From Auanema rhodensis (lineage: Eukaryota; Animalia; Nematoda), in NCBI GenBank assembly GCA_964057225.1, contig OZ059895.1, positions 9,486,001-9,550,000 of the forward strand: DNA of 64,000 nt, given 5' to 3'. The translations under genes and the position numbers were made by a program. This document shows positions 33,801 through 47,400 of this stretch, in pieces (the stretch's first letter is position 1; each line of letters begins with the position of its first letter). The notes beneath the pieces are model-generated. The model ran no database searches, was not told where the DNA came from, and was given only the letters and a program-made list of their open reading frames with translations.

Positions 33801-35950
33801 TAAAAAATGAAATTATGAAATAGTGGTAGAAATATAAAATTGTTTAAAAAATATGGAATTAAATAAAATAGATGGAGTGAAATTGCTTGTAAAATATAAA
33901 TCATTTTCATGTTTCAGTTTTTAAGCATCACAATATTGAAATTTGAATGTTTTTTTAATGATTAAAAATTTAAAAAATGAAATTATGAAATAGTGGTAGA
34001 AATATAAAATTGTTTAAAATATGGAATTAAATAAAATAGATGGAGTGAAATTGCTTGGGAAATATAAATCAGTTCCATGTTTCAATTTTTGAGCATCACA
34101 ATATTGAAATTTGAATGTTTTTTAATGATTAAAAATTTAAAAAATGAAATTATGAAATAGTGGTAGAAATATAAAATTGTTTAAAAAATATGGAATTAAA
34201 TAAAATAGATGGAGTGAAATTGCTTGTAAAATATAAATCGGTTTCATGTTTCAATTTTTGAGCATCACAATATTGAAATTTGAATGTTTTTTAATGATTA
34301 AAAATTTAAAAAATGAAATTATGAAATAGTGGTAGAAATATAAAATTGTTTAAAATATGGAATTAAATAAAATAGATGGAGTGAAATTGCTTGGGAAATA
34401 TAAATCAGTTCCATGTTTCAATTTTTGAGCATCATAATATTGAAATTTGAATGTTTTTTAATGATTAAAAATTTAAAAAATGAAATTATGAAATAGTGGT
34501 AGAAATATAAAATTGTTTAAAAAATATGGAATTAAATAAAATAGATGGAGTGAAATTGCTTGTAAAATATAAATCATTTTCGAATAAAATAGATGAAGTG
34601 AACTTGCTTGGAAAATATAAATCAGTTTCATGTTTTAGTTTTTGAGCATCACAATATTGAAATTTAAATGTTTTTTAATGATTAAAAATTTAAAAAATGA
34701 AATTATGAAATAGTGGTAGAAATATAAAATTGTTTAAAATATGGAATTAAATAAAATAGATGGAGTGAAATTGCTTGGGAAATATAAATCAGTTCCATGT
34801 TTCAATTTTTGAGCATCACAATATTGAAATTTGAATGTTTTTTAATGATTAAAAATTTAAAAAATGAAATTATGAAATAGTGGTAGAAATATAAAATTGT
34901 TTAAAAAATATGGAATTAAATAAAATAGATGGAGTGAAATTGCTTGTAAAATATAAATCATTTTCGAATAAAATAGATGAAGTGAACTTGCTTGGAAAAT
35001 ATAAATCAGTTTCATGTTTTAGTTTTTGAGCATCACAATATTGAAATTTAAATGTTTTTTAATGATGAAAAATTTAAAAAATGAAATTATGAAATAGTGG
35101 TAGAAATATAAAATTGTTTAAAATATGGAATTAAATAAAATAGATGAAGTGAACTTGCTTGGAAAATATAAATCAGTTTCATGTTTCAGTTTTTGAGCAT
35201 CACAATATTGAAATTTAAATATTTTTTAATGATTAAAAATTTAAAAAATGAAATTATGAAATAGTGGTAGAAATATAAAAATGTTTAAAATATGGAATTA
35301 AATAAAATAGATGGAGTGAAATTGCTTGGAAAATATAAATCAGTTTCATGTTTCAGTTTTTGAGCATCACAATATTGAAATTTGAATGTTTTTTAATGAT
35401 TAAAAATTTAAAAAATGAATTTATGAAATAATGGTAGAAATATAAAATTGTTTAAAATATGGAATTAAATAAAATAGATGAAGTGAACTTGCTTGGAAAA
35501 TATAAATCAGTTTCATGTTTCAGTTTTTGAGCATCACAATATTGAAATTTAAATGTTTTTTAATGATTAAAAATCTAAAAAACGAAATTATGAAATAGTG
35601 GTAGAAATATAAAATTGTTTAAAATATGGAATTGAATAAAATAGATGAAGTGAAATTGCTTGGAAAATATAAATTAGTTTCATGTTTTAGTTTTTGAGCA
35701 TCACAATATTGAAATTTGAATGTTTTTTAATGATTAAAAATTTAAAAAATGAATTTATGAAATAATGGTAGAAATATAAAATTGTTTAAAATATGGAATT
35801 AAATAAAATAGATGAAGTGAACTTGCTTGGAAAATATAAATCAGTTTCATGTTTTAGTTTTTGAGCATCACAATATTGAAATTTAAATATTTTTTAAAGA
35901 TTAAAAATTTAAAAAATGAAATTATGAAATAATGGTAGAAATATAAAATT
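21900..35950. repeat. Higher-order repeat domain A (2.2-4.9 kb blocks) marked by 48-bp truncated monomers and the gcttggGaaa / gcttgTaaaa / +2A variants
   Basis: TTTTCGAATA junctions recur with spacings 384,1219,552 | 384,1219,1558,1727 | 384,1219,1558,1393 | 384. Confidence 0.85.
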
Positions 35951-38499
35951 GTTTAAAATATGGAATTGAATAAAATAGATGAAGTGAACTTGCTTGGAAA
36001 ATATGAATCAGTTTCATGTTTTAGTTTTTGAGCATCACAATATTGAAATTTAAATGTTTTTTAATGATTAAAAATTTAAAAAATGAAATTATGAAATAGT
36101 GGTAGAAATATAAAATTGTTTAAAATATGGAATTGAATAAAATAGATGAAGTGAAATTGCTTGGAAAATATAAATTAGTTTCATGTTTCAGTTTTTTAGC
36201 ATCACAATATTGAAATTTGAATGTTTTTTAATGATTAAAAATTTAAAAAATGAATTTATGAAATAATGGTAGAAATATAAAATTGTTTAAAATATGGAAT
36301 TAAATAAAATAGATGAAGTGAACTTGCTTGGAAAATAAAATCAGTTTCATGTTTCAGTTTTTGAGCATCACAATATTGAAATTTAAATGTTTTTTAATGA
36401 TTAAAAATCTAAAAAACGAAATTATGAAATAGTGGTAGAAATATAAAATTGTTTAAAATATGGAATTAAATAAAATAGATGAAGTGAACTTGCTTGGAAA
36501 ATATAAATCAGTTTCATGTTTCAATTTTTGAGCATCACAATATTGAAATTTAAATGTTTTTTAATGATTAAAAATTTGAAAAATGAAATTATGAAATAGT
36601 GGTAGAAATATAAAATTGTTTAAAATATGGAATTAAATAAAATAGATGGAGTGAAATTGCTTGGAAAATATAAATCAGTTTCATGTTTCAATTTTTGAGC
36701 ATCACAATATTGAAATTTAAATGTTTTTTAATGATTAAAAATTTAAAAAATGAAATTATGAAATAGTGGTAGAAATATAAAATTGTTTAAAATATGGAAT
36801 TAAATAAAATAGATGAAGTGAACTTGCTTGGAAAATATAAATCAGTTTCATGTTTCAGTTTTTGAGCATCACAATATTGAAATTTAAATGTTTTTTAATG
36901 ATTAAAAATCTAAAAAACGAAATTATGAAATAGTGGTAGAAATATAAAATTGTTTAAAATATGGAATTAAATAAAATAGATGAAGTGAACTTGCTTGGAA
37001 AATATAAATCAGTTTCATGTTTCAATTTTTGAGCATCACAATATTGAAATTTAAATGTTTTTTAATGATTAAAAATTTGAAAAATGAAATTATGAAATAG
37101 TGGTAGAAATATAAAATTGTTAAAATATGGAATTAAATAAAATAGATGGAGTGAAATTGCTTGGAAAATATAAATCAGTTTCATGTTTCAATTTTTGAGC
37201 ATCACAATATTGAAATTTAAATGTTTTTTAATGATTGAAAATTTAAAAAATGAAATTATGAAATAGTGGTAGAAATATAAAATTGTTTAAAATATGGAAT
37301 TAAATAAAATAGATGGAGTGAACTTGCTTGGAAAATATAAATCAGTTTCATGTTTAAATTTTTGAGCATCACAATATTGAAATTTAAATGTTTTTTAATG
37401 ATTAAAAATCTAAAAAATGAAATTATGAAATAGTGGTAGAAATATAAAATTGTTTAAAATATGGAATTAAATAAAATAGATGGAGTGAAATTGCTTGGAA
37501 AATATGAATCAGTTTCATGTTTCAGTTTTTGAGCATCACAATATTGAAATTTGAATGTTTTTTTAATGATTAAAAATTTAAAAAATGAAATTATGAAATA
37601 GTGGTAGAAATATAAAATTGTTTAAAATATGGAATTGAATAAAATAGATGGAGTGAAATTGCTTGGAAAATATAAATCAGTTTCATGTTTCAGTTTTTGA
37701 GCATCACAATATTGAAATTTAAATGTTTTTTAATGATTAAAAATCTAAAAAATGAAATTATGAAATAGTGGTAGAAATATAAAATTGTTTAAAATATGGA
37801 ATTAAATAAAATAGATGGAGTGAAATTGCTTGGAAAATATGAATCAGTTTCATGTTTCAGTTTTTGAGCATCACAATATTGAAATTTAAATGTTTTTTAA
37901 TGATTAAAAATTTAAAAAATGAAATTATGAAATAATGGTAGAAATATAAAATTGTTTAAAATATGGAATTAAATAAAATAGATGGAGTGAAATTGCTTGG
38001 AAAATATAAATCAGTTTCATGTTTCAGTTTTTGAGCATCACAATATTGAAATTTAAATGTTTTTTAATGATTAAAAATTTAAAAAATGAAATTATGAAAT
38101 AGTGGTAGAAATATAAAATTGTTTAAAATATGGAATTAAATAAAATAGATGGAGTGAAATTGCTTGGAAAATATAAATCATTTTCGAATAAAATAGATGA
38201 AGTGAACTTGCTTGGAAAATATAAATCAGTTTCATGTTTTAGTTTTTGAGCATCACAATATTGAAATTTAAATGTTTTTTAATGATTAAAAATTTAAAAA
38301 ATGAAATTATGAAATAATGGTAGAAATATAAAATTGTTTAAAATATGGAATTAAATAAAATAGATGGAGTGAAATTGCTTGGAAAATATAAATCAGTTTC
38401 ATGTTTCAGTTTTTGAGCATCACAATATTGAAATTTAAATGTTTTTTAATGATTAAAAATTTAAAAAATGAAATTATGAAATAATGGTAGAAATATAAA

Positions 38500-41400
38500 A
38501 TTGTTTAAAATATGGAATTAAATAAAATAGATGGAGTGAAATTGCTTGGAAAATATAAATCAGTTTCATGTTTCAGTTTTTGAGCATCACAATATTGAAA
38601 TTTAAATGTTTTTTAATGATTAAAAATTTAAAAAATGAAATTATGAAATAATGGTAGAAATATAAAATTGTTTAAAATATGGAATTAAATAAAATAGATG
38701 GAGTGAAATTGCTTGGAAAATATAAATCAGTTTCATGTTTTAGTTTTTGAGCATCACAATATTGAAATTTAAATGTTTTTTAATGATTAAAAATTTGAAA
38801 AATGAAATTATGAAATAGTGGTAGAAATATAAAATTGTCTAAAATATGGAATTAAATAAAATAGATGGAGTGAAATTGCTTGGAAAATATAAATCAGTTT
38901 CATGTTTCAGTTTTTGAGCATCACAATATTGAAATTTAAATGTTTTTTAATGATTAAAAATTTAAAAAATGAAATTATGAAATAATGGTAGAAATATAAA
39001 ATTGTTTAAAATATGGAATTAAATAAAATAGATGGAGTGAAATTGCTTGGAAAATATAAATCAGTTTCATGTTTCAGTTTTTAAGCATCACAATATTGAA
39101 ATTTGAATGTTTTTTTAATGATTAAAAATTTAAAAAATGAAATTATGAAATAGTGGTAGAAATATAAAATTGTTTAAAATATGGAATTAAATAAAATAGA
39201 TGGAGTGAAATTGCTTGGGAAATATAAATCAGTTCCATGTTTCAATTTTTGAGCATCACAATATTGAAATTTAAATGTTTTTTAATGATTAAAAATTTAA
39301 AAAATGAAATTATGAAATAGTGGTAGAAAAATAAAATTGTTTAAAAAATATGGAATTAAATAAAATAGATGGAGTGAAATTGCTTGTTAAATATAAATCA
39401 TTTTCATGTTTCAGTTTTTAAGCATCACAATATTGAAATTTGAATGTTTTTTTAATGATTAAAAATTTAAAAAATGAAATTATGAAATAGTGGTAGAAAT
39501 ATAAAATTGTTTAAAATATGGAATTAAATAAAATAGATGGAGTGAAATTGCTTGGGAAATATAAATCAGTTCCATGTTTCAATTTTTGAGCATCACAATA
39601 TTGAAATTTAAATGTTTTTTAATGATTAAAAATTTAAAAAATGAAATTATGAAATAGTGGTAGAAATATAAAATTGTTTAAAAAATATGGAATTAAATAA
39701 AATAGATGGAGTGAAATTGCTTGTAAAATATAAATCATTTTCGAATAAAATAGATGAAGTGAACTTGCTTGGAAAATATAAATCAGTTTCATGTTTTAGT
39801 TTTTGAGCATCACAATATTGAAATTTAAATGTTTTTTAATGATTAAAAATTTAAAAAATGAAATTATGAAATAGTGGTAGAAATATAAAATTGTTTAAAA
39901 TATGGAATTAAATAAAATAGATGTAGTGAACTTGCTTGGAAAATATAAATCAGTTTCATGTTTCAGTTTTTGAGCATCACAATATTGAAATTTAAATGTT
40001 TTTTAATGATTAAAAATTTAAAAAATGAAATTATGAAATAGTGGTAGAAATATAAAAATGTTTAAAATATGGAATTAAATAAAATAGATGGAGTGAAATT
40101 GCTTGGAAAATATAAATCAGTTTCATGTTTCAGTTTTTGAGCATCACAATATTGAAGTTTGAATGTTTTTTAATGATTAAAAATTTAAAAAATGAAATTA
40201 TGAAATAATGGTAGAAATATAAAATTGTTTAAAATATGGAATTGAATAAAATAGATGAAGTGAACTTGCTTGGAAAATATGAATCAGTTTCATGTTTTAG
40301 TTTTTGAGCATCACAATATTGAAATTTAAATGTTTTTTAATGATTAAAAATTTAAAAAATGAAATTATGAAATAGTGGTAGAAATATAAAATTGTTTAAA
40401 ATATGGAATTGAATAAAATAGATGAAGTGAAATTGCTTGGAAAATATAAATCAGTTTCATGTTTCAGTTTTTGAGCATCACAATATTGAAATTTGAATGT
40501 TTTTTAATGATTAAAAATTTAAAAAATGAATTTATGAAATAATGGTAGAAATATAAAATTGTTTAAAATATGGAATTGAATAAAATAGATGAAGTGAACT
40601 TGCTTGGAAAATATAAATCAGTTTCATGTTTCAGTTTTTGAGCATCACAATATTGAAATTTAAATGTTTTTTAATGATTAAAAATTTAAAAAATGAAATT
40701 ATGAAATAGTGGTAGAAATATAAAATTGTTTAAAATATGGAATTGAATAAAATAGATGAAGTGAAATTGCTTGGAAAATATAAATCAGTTTCATGTTTCA
40801 GTTTTTGAGCATCACAATATTGAAATTTGAATGTTTTTTAATGATTAAAAATTTAAAAAATGAATTTATGAAATAATGGTAGAAATATAAAATTGTTTAA
40901 AATATGGAATTGAATAAAATAGATGAAGTGAACTTGCTTGGAAAATATAAATCAGTTTCATGTTTTAGTTTTTGAGCATCACAATATTGAAATTTAAATG
41001 TTTTTTAATGATTAAAAATTTAAAAAATGAAATTATGAAATAGTGGTAGAAATATAAAATTGTTTAAAATATGGAATTGAATAAAATAGATGAAGTGAAA
41101 TTGCTTGGAAAATATAAATCAGTTTCATGTTTCAGTTTTTGAGCATCACAATATTGAAATTTGAATGTTTTTTAATGATTAAAAATTTAAAAAATGAATT
41201 TATGAAATAATGGTAGAAATATAAAATTGTTTAAAATATGGAATTGAATAAAATAGATGAAGTGAACTTGCTTGGAAAATATAAATCAGTTTCATGTTTC
41301 AGTTTTTGAGCATCACAATATTGAAATTTAAATGTTTTTTAATGATTAAAAATTTAAAAAATGAAATTATGAAATAATGGTAGAAATATAAAATTGTTTA

Positions 41401-44400
41401 AAATATGGAATTAAATAAAATAGATGGAGTGAAATTGCTTGGAAAATATTAATCAGTTTCATGTTTCAGTTTTTGAGCATCACAATATTGAAATTTAAAT
41501 GTTTTTTAATGATTAAAAATTTAAAAAATGAAATTATGAAATAGTGGTAGAAATATAAAATTGTTTAAAAAATATGGAATTAAATAAAATAGATGGAGTG
41601 AAATTGCTTGTAAAATATAAATCATTTTCGAATAAAATAGATGAAGTGAACTTGCTTGGAAAATATAAATCAGTTTCATGTTTTAGTTTTTGAGCATCAC
41701 AATATTGAAATTTAAATGTTTTTTAATGATTAAAAATTTAAAAAATGAAATTATGAAATAGTGGTAGAAATATAAAATTGTTTAAAATATGGAATTAAAT
41801 AAAATAGATGTAGTGAACTTGCTTGGAAAATATAAATCAGTTTCATGTTTCAGTTTTTGAGCATCACAATATTGAAATTTAAATGTTTTTTAATGATTAA
41901 AAATTTAAAAAATGAAATTATGAAATAGTGGTAGAAATATAAAAATGTTTAAAATATGGAATTAAATAAAATAGATGGAGTGAAATTGCTTGGAAAATAT
42001 AAATCAGTTTCATGTTTCAGTTTTTGAGCATCACAATATTGAAGTTTGAATGTTTTTTAATGATTAAAAATTTAAAAAATGAAATTATGAAATAATGGTA
42101 GAAATATAAAATTGTTTAAAATATGGAATTGAATAAAATAGATGAAGTGAACTTGCTTGGAAAATATGAATCAGTTTCATGTTTTAGTTTTTGAGCATCA
42201 CAATATTGAAATTTAAATGTTTTTTAATGATTAAAAATTTAAAAAATGAAATTATGAAATAGTGGTAGAAATATAAAATTGTTTAAAATATGGAATTGAA
42301 TAAAATAGATGAAGTGAAATTGCTTGGAAAATATAAATCAGTTTCATGTTTCAGTTTTTGAGCATCACAATATTGAAATTTGAATGTTTTTTAATGATTA
42401 AAAATTTAAAAAATGAATTTATGAAATAATGGTAGAAATATAAAATTGTTTAAAATATGGAATTGAATAAAATAGATGAAGTGAACTTGCTTGGAAAATA
42501 TAAATCAGTTTCATGTTTCAGTTTTTGAGCATCACAATATTGAAATTTAAATGTTTTTTAATGATTAAAAATTTAAAAAATGAAATTATGAAATAGTGGT
42601 AGAAATATAAAATTGTTTAAAATATGGAATTGAATAAAATAGATGAAGTGAAATTGCTTGGAAAATATAAATCAGTTTCATGTTTCAGTTTTTGAGCATC
42701 ACAATATTGAAATTTGAATGTTTTTTAATGATTAAAAATTTAAAAAATGAATTTATGAAATAATGGTAGAAATATAAAATTGTTTAAAATATGGAATTGA
42801 ATAAAATAGATGAAGTGAACTTGCTTGGAAAATATAAATCAGTTTCATGTTTTAGTTTTTGAGCATCACAATATTGAAATTTAAATGTTTTTTAATGATT
42901 AAAAATTTAAAAAATGAAATTATGAAATAGTGGTAGAAATATAAAATTGTTTAAAATATGGAATTGAATAAAATAGATGAAGTGAAATTGCTTGGAAAAT
43001 ATAAATCAGTTTCATGTTTCAGTTTTTGAGCATCACAATATTGAAATTTGAATGTTTTTTAATGATTAAAAATTTAAAAAATGAATTTATGAAATAATGG
43101 TAGAAATATAAAATTGTTTAAAATATGGAATTGAATAAAATAGATGAAGTGAACTTGCTTGGAAAATATAAATCAGTTTCATGTTTCAGTTTTTGAGCAT
43201 CACAATATTGAAATTTAAATGTTTTTTAATGATTAAAAATTTAAAAAATGAAATTATGAAATAATGGTAGAAATATAAAATTGTTTAAAATATGGAATTA
43301 AATAAAATAGATGGAGTGAAATTGCTTGGAAAATATTAATCAGTTTCATGTTTCAGTTTTTGAGCATCACAATATTGAAATTTAAATGTTTTTTAATGAT
43401 TAAAAATTTAAAAAATGAAATTATGAAATAGTGGTAGAAATATAAAATTGTTTAAAATATGGAATTAAATAAAATAGATGGAGTGAAATTGCTTGGAAAA
43501 TATAAATCAGTTTCATGTTTCAGTTTTTAAGCATCACAATATTGAAATTTGAATGTTTTTTTAATGATTAAAAATTTAAAAAATGAAATTATGAAATAGT
43601 GGTAGAAATATAAAATTGTTTAAAATATGGAATTAAATAAAATAGATGAAGTGAACTTGCTTGGAAAATATGAATCAGTTTCATGTTTCAGTTTTTGAGC
43701 ATCACAATATTGAAATTTAAATGTTTTTTAATGATTAAAAATTTAAAAAATGAAATTATGAAATAATGGTAGAAATATAAAATTGTTTAAAATATGGAAT
43801 TAAATAAAATAGATGGAGTGAAATTGCTTGCAAAATATAAATCAGTTTCATGTTTCAGTTTTTGAGCATCACAATATTGAAATTTGAATGTTTTTTTAAT
43901 GATTAAAAATTTAAAAAATGAAATTATGAAATAGTGGTAGAAATATAAAATTGTTTAAAATATGGAATTAAATAAAATAGATGGAGTGAAATTGCTTGGA
44001 AAATATAAATCAGTTTCATGTTTTAGTTTTTGAGCATCACAATATTGAAATTTAAATGTTTTTTAATGATTAAAAATTTAAAAAATGAAATTATGAAATA
44101 GTGGTAGAAATATAAAATTGTTTAAAATATGGAATTGAATAAAATAGATGAAGTGAAATTGCTTGGAAAATATAAATCAGTTTCATGTTTCAGTTTTTGA
44201 GCATCACAATATTGAAATTTGAATGTTTTTTAATGATTAAAAATTTAAAAAATGAATTTATGAAATAATGGTAGAAATATAAAATTGTTTAAAATATGGA
44301 ATTGAATAAAATAGATGAAGTGAACTTGCTTGGAAAATATAAATCAGTTTCATGTTTCAGTTTTTGAGCATCACAATATTGAAATTTAAATGTTTTTTAA

Positions 44401-47400
44401 TGATTAAAAATTTAAAAAATGAAATTATGAAATAATGGTAGAAATATAAAATTGTTTAAAATATGGAATTAAATAAAATAGATGGAGTGAAATTGCTTGG
44501 AAAATATAAATCAGTTTCATGTTTCAGTTTTTAAGCATCACAATATTGAAATTTGAATGTTTTTTTAATGATTAAAAATTTAAAAAATGAAATTATGAAA
44601 TAGTGGTAGAAATATAAAATTGTTTGAAATATGGAATTAAATAAAATAGATGAAGTGAAATTGCTTGGAAAATATAAATCAGTTTCATGTTTCAGTTCTT
44701 GAGCATCACAATATTGAAATTTAAATGTTTTTTAATGATTAAAAATTTAAAAAATGAAATTATGAAATAGTGGTAGAAATATAAAATTGTTTAAAATATG
44801 GAATTGAATAAAATAGATGAAGTGAACTTGCTTGGAAAATATAAATCAGTTTCATGTTTCAGTTTTTGAGCATCACAATATTGAAATTTAAATGTTTTTT
44901 AATGATTAAAAATTTAAAAAATGAAATTATGAAATAATGGTAGAAATATAAAATTGTTTAAAATATGGAATTAAATAAAATAGATGGAGTGAAATTGCTT
45001 GGAAAATATAAATCAGTTTCATGTTTCAGTTTTTAAGCATCACAATATTGAAATTTGAATGTTTTTTTAATGATTAAAAATTTAAAAAATGAAATTATGA
45101 AATAGTGGTAGAAATATAAAATTGTTTGAAATATGGAATTAAATAAAATAGATGAAGTGAAATTGCTTGGAAAATATAAATCAGTTTCATGTTTCAGTTC
45201 TTGAGCATCACAATATTGAAATTTAAATGTTTTTTAATGATTAAAAATTTAAAAAATGAAATTATGAAATAGTGGTAGAAATATAAAACTGTTTAAAATA
45301 TGGAATTAAATAAAATAGATGGAGTGAAATTGCTTGGAAAATATGAATCAGTTTCATGTTTCAGTTTTTGAGCATCACAATATTGAAATTTAAATGTTTT
45401 TTAATGATTAAAAATTTAAAAAATGAAATTATGAAATAATGGTAGAAATATAAAATTGTTTAAAATATGGAATTAAATAAAATAGATGGAGTGAAATTGC
45501 TTGGAAAATATAAATCAGTTTCATGTTTCAGTTTTTAAGCATCACAATATTGAAATTTGAATGTTTTTTTAATGATTAAAAATTTAAAAAATGAAATTAT
45601 GAAATAATGGTAGAAATATAAAATTGTTTAAAATATGGAATTAAATAAAATAGATGGAGTGAAATTGCTTGGAAAATATAAATCAGTTTCATGTTTTAGT
45701 TTTTGAGCATCACAATATTGAAATTTAAATGTTTTTTAATGATTAAAAATTTGAAAAATGAAATTATGAAATAGTGGTAGAAATATAAAATTGTCTAAAA
45801 TATGGAATTAAATAAAATAGATGGAGTGAAATTGCTTGGAAAATATAAATCAGTTTCATGTTTCAGTTTTTGAGCATCACAATATTGAAATTTAAATGTT
45901 TTTTAATGATTAAAAATTTAAAAAATGAAATTATGAAATAATGGTAGAAATATAAAATTGTTTAAAATATGGAATTAAATAAAATAGATGGAGTGAAATT
46001 GCTTGGAAAATATAAATCAGTTTCATGTTTCAGTTTTTAAGCATCACAATATTGAAATTTGAATGTTTTTTTAATGATTAAAAATTTGAAAAATGAAATT
46101 ATGAAATAGTGGTAGAAATATAAAATTGTTTAAAATATGGAATTAAATAAAATAGATGGAGTGAAATTGCTTGGGAAATATAAATCAGTTCCATGTTTCA
46201 ATTTTTGAGCATCACAATATTGAAATTTAAATGTTTTTTAATGATTAAAAATTTAAAAAATGAAATTATGAAATAGTGGTAGAAAAATAAAATTGTTTAA
46301 AAAATATGGAATTAAATAAAATAGATGGAGTGAAATTGCTTGTTAAATATAAATCATTTTCATGTTTCAGTTTTTAAGCATCACAATATTGAAATTTGAA
46401 TGTTTTTTTAATGATTAAAAATTTAAAAAATGAAATTATGAAATAGTGGTAGAAATATAAAATTGTTTAAAATATGGAATTAAATAAAATAGATGGAGTG
46501 AAATTGCTTGGGAAATATAAATCAGTTCCATGTTTCAATTTTTGAGCATCACAATATTGAAATTTAAATGTTTTTTAATGATTAAAAATTTAAAAAATGA
46601 AATTATGAAATAGTGGTAGAAATATAAAATTGTTTAAAAAATATGGAATTAAATAAAATAGATGGAGTGAAATTGCTTGTAAAATATAAATCATTTTCGA
46701 ATAAAATAGATGAAGTGAACTTGCTTGGAAAATATAAATCAGTTTCATGTTTTAGTTTTTGAGCATCACAATATTGAAATTTAAATGTTTTTTAATGATT
46801 AAAAATTTAAAAAATGAAATTATGAAATAGTGGTAGAAATATAAAATTGTTTAAAATATGGAATTAAATAAAATAGATGTAGTGAACTTGCTTGGAAAAT
46901 ATAAATCAGTTTCATGTTTCAGTTTTTGAGCATCACAATATTGAAATTTAAATGTTTTTTAATGATTAAAAATTTAAAAAATGAAATTATGAAATAGTGG
47001 TAGAAATATAAAAATGTTTAAAATATGGAATTAAATAAAATAGATGGAGTGAAATTGCTTGGAAAATATAAATCAGTTTCATGTTTCAGTTTTTGAGCAT
47101 CACAATATTGAAGTTTGAATGTTTTTTAATGATTAAAAATTTAAAAAATGAAATTATGAAATAATGGTAGAAATATAAAATTGTTTAAAATATGGAATTG
47201 AATAAAATAGATGAAGTGAACTTGCTTGGAAAATATGAATCAGTTTCATGTTTTAGTTTTTGAGCATCACAATATTGAAATTTAAATGTTTTTTAATGAT
47301 TAAAAATTTAAAAAATGAAATTATGAAATAGTGGTAGAAATATAAAATTGTTTAAAATATGGAATTGAATAAAATAGATGAAGTGAAATTGCTTGGAAAA

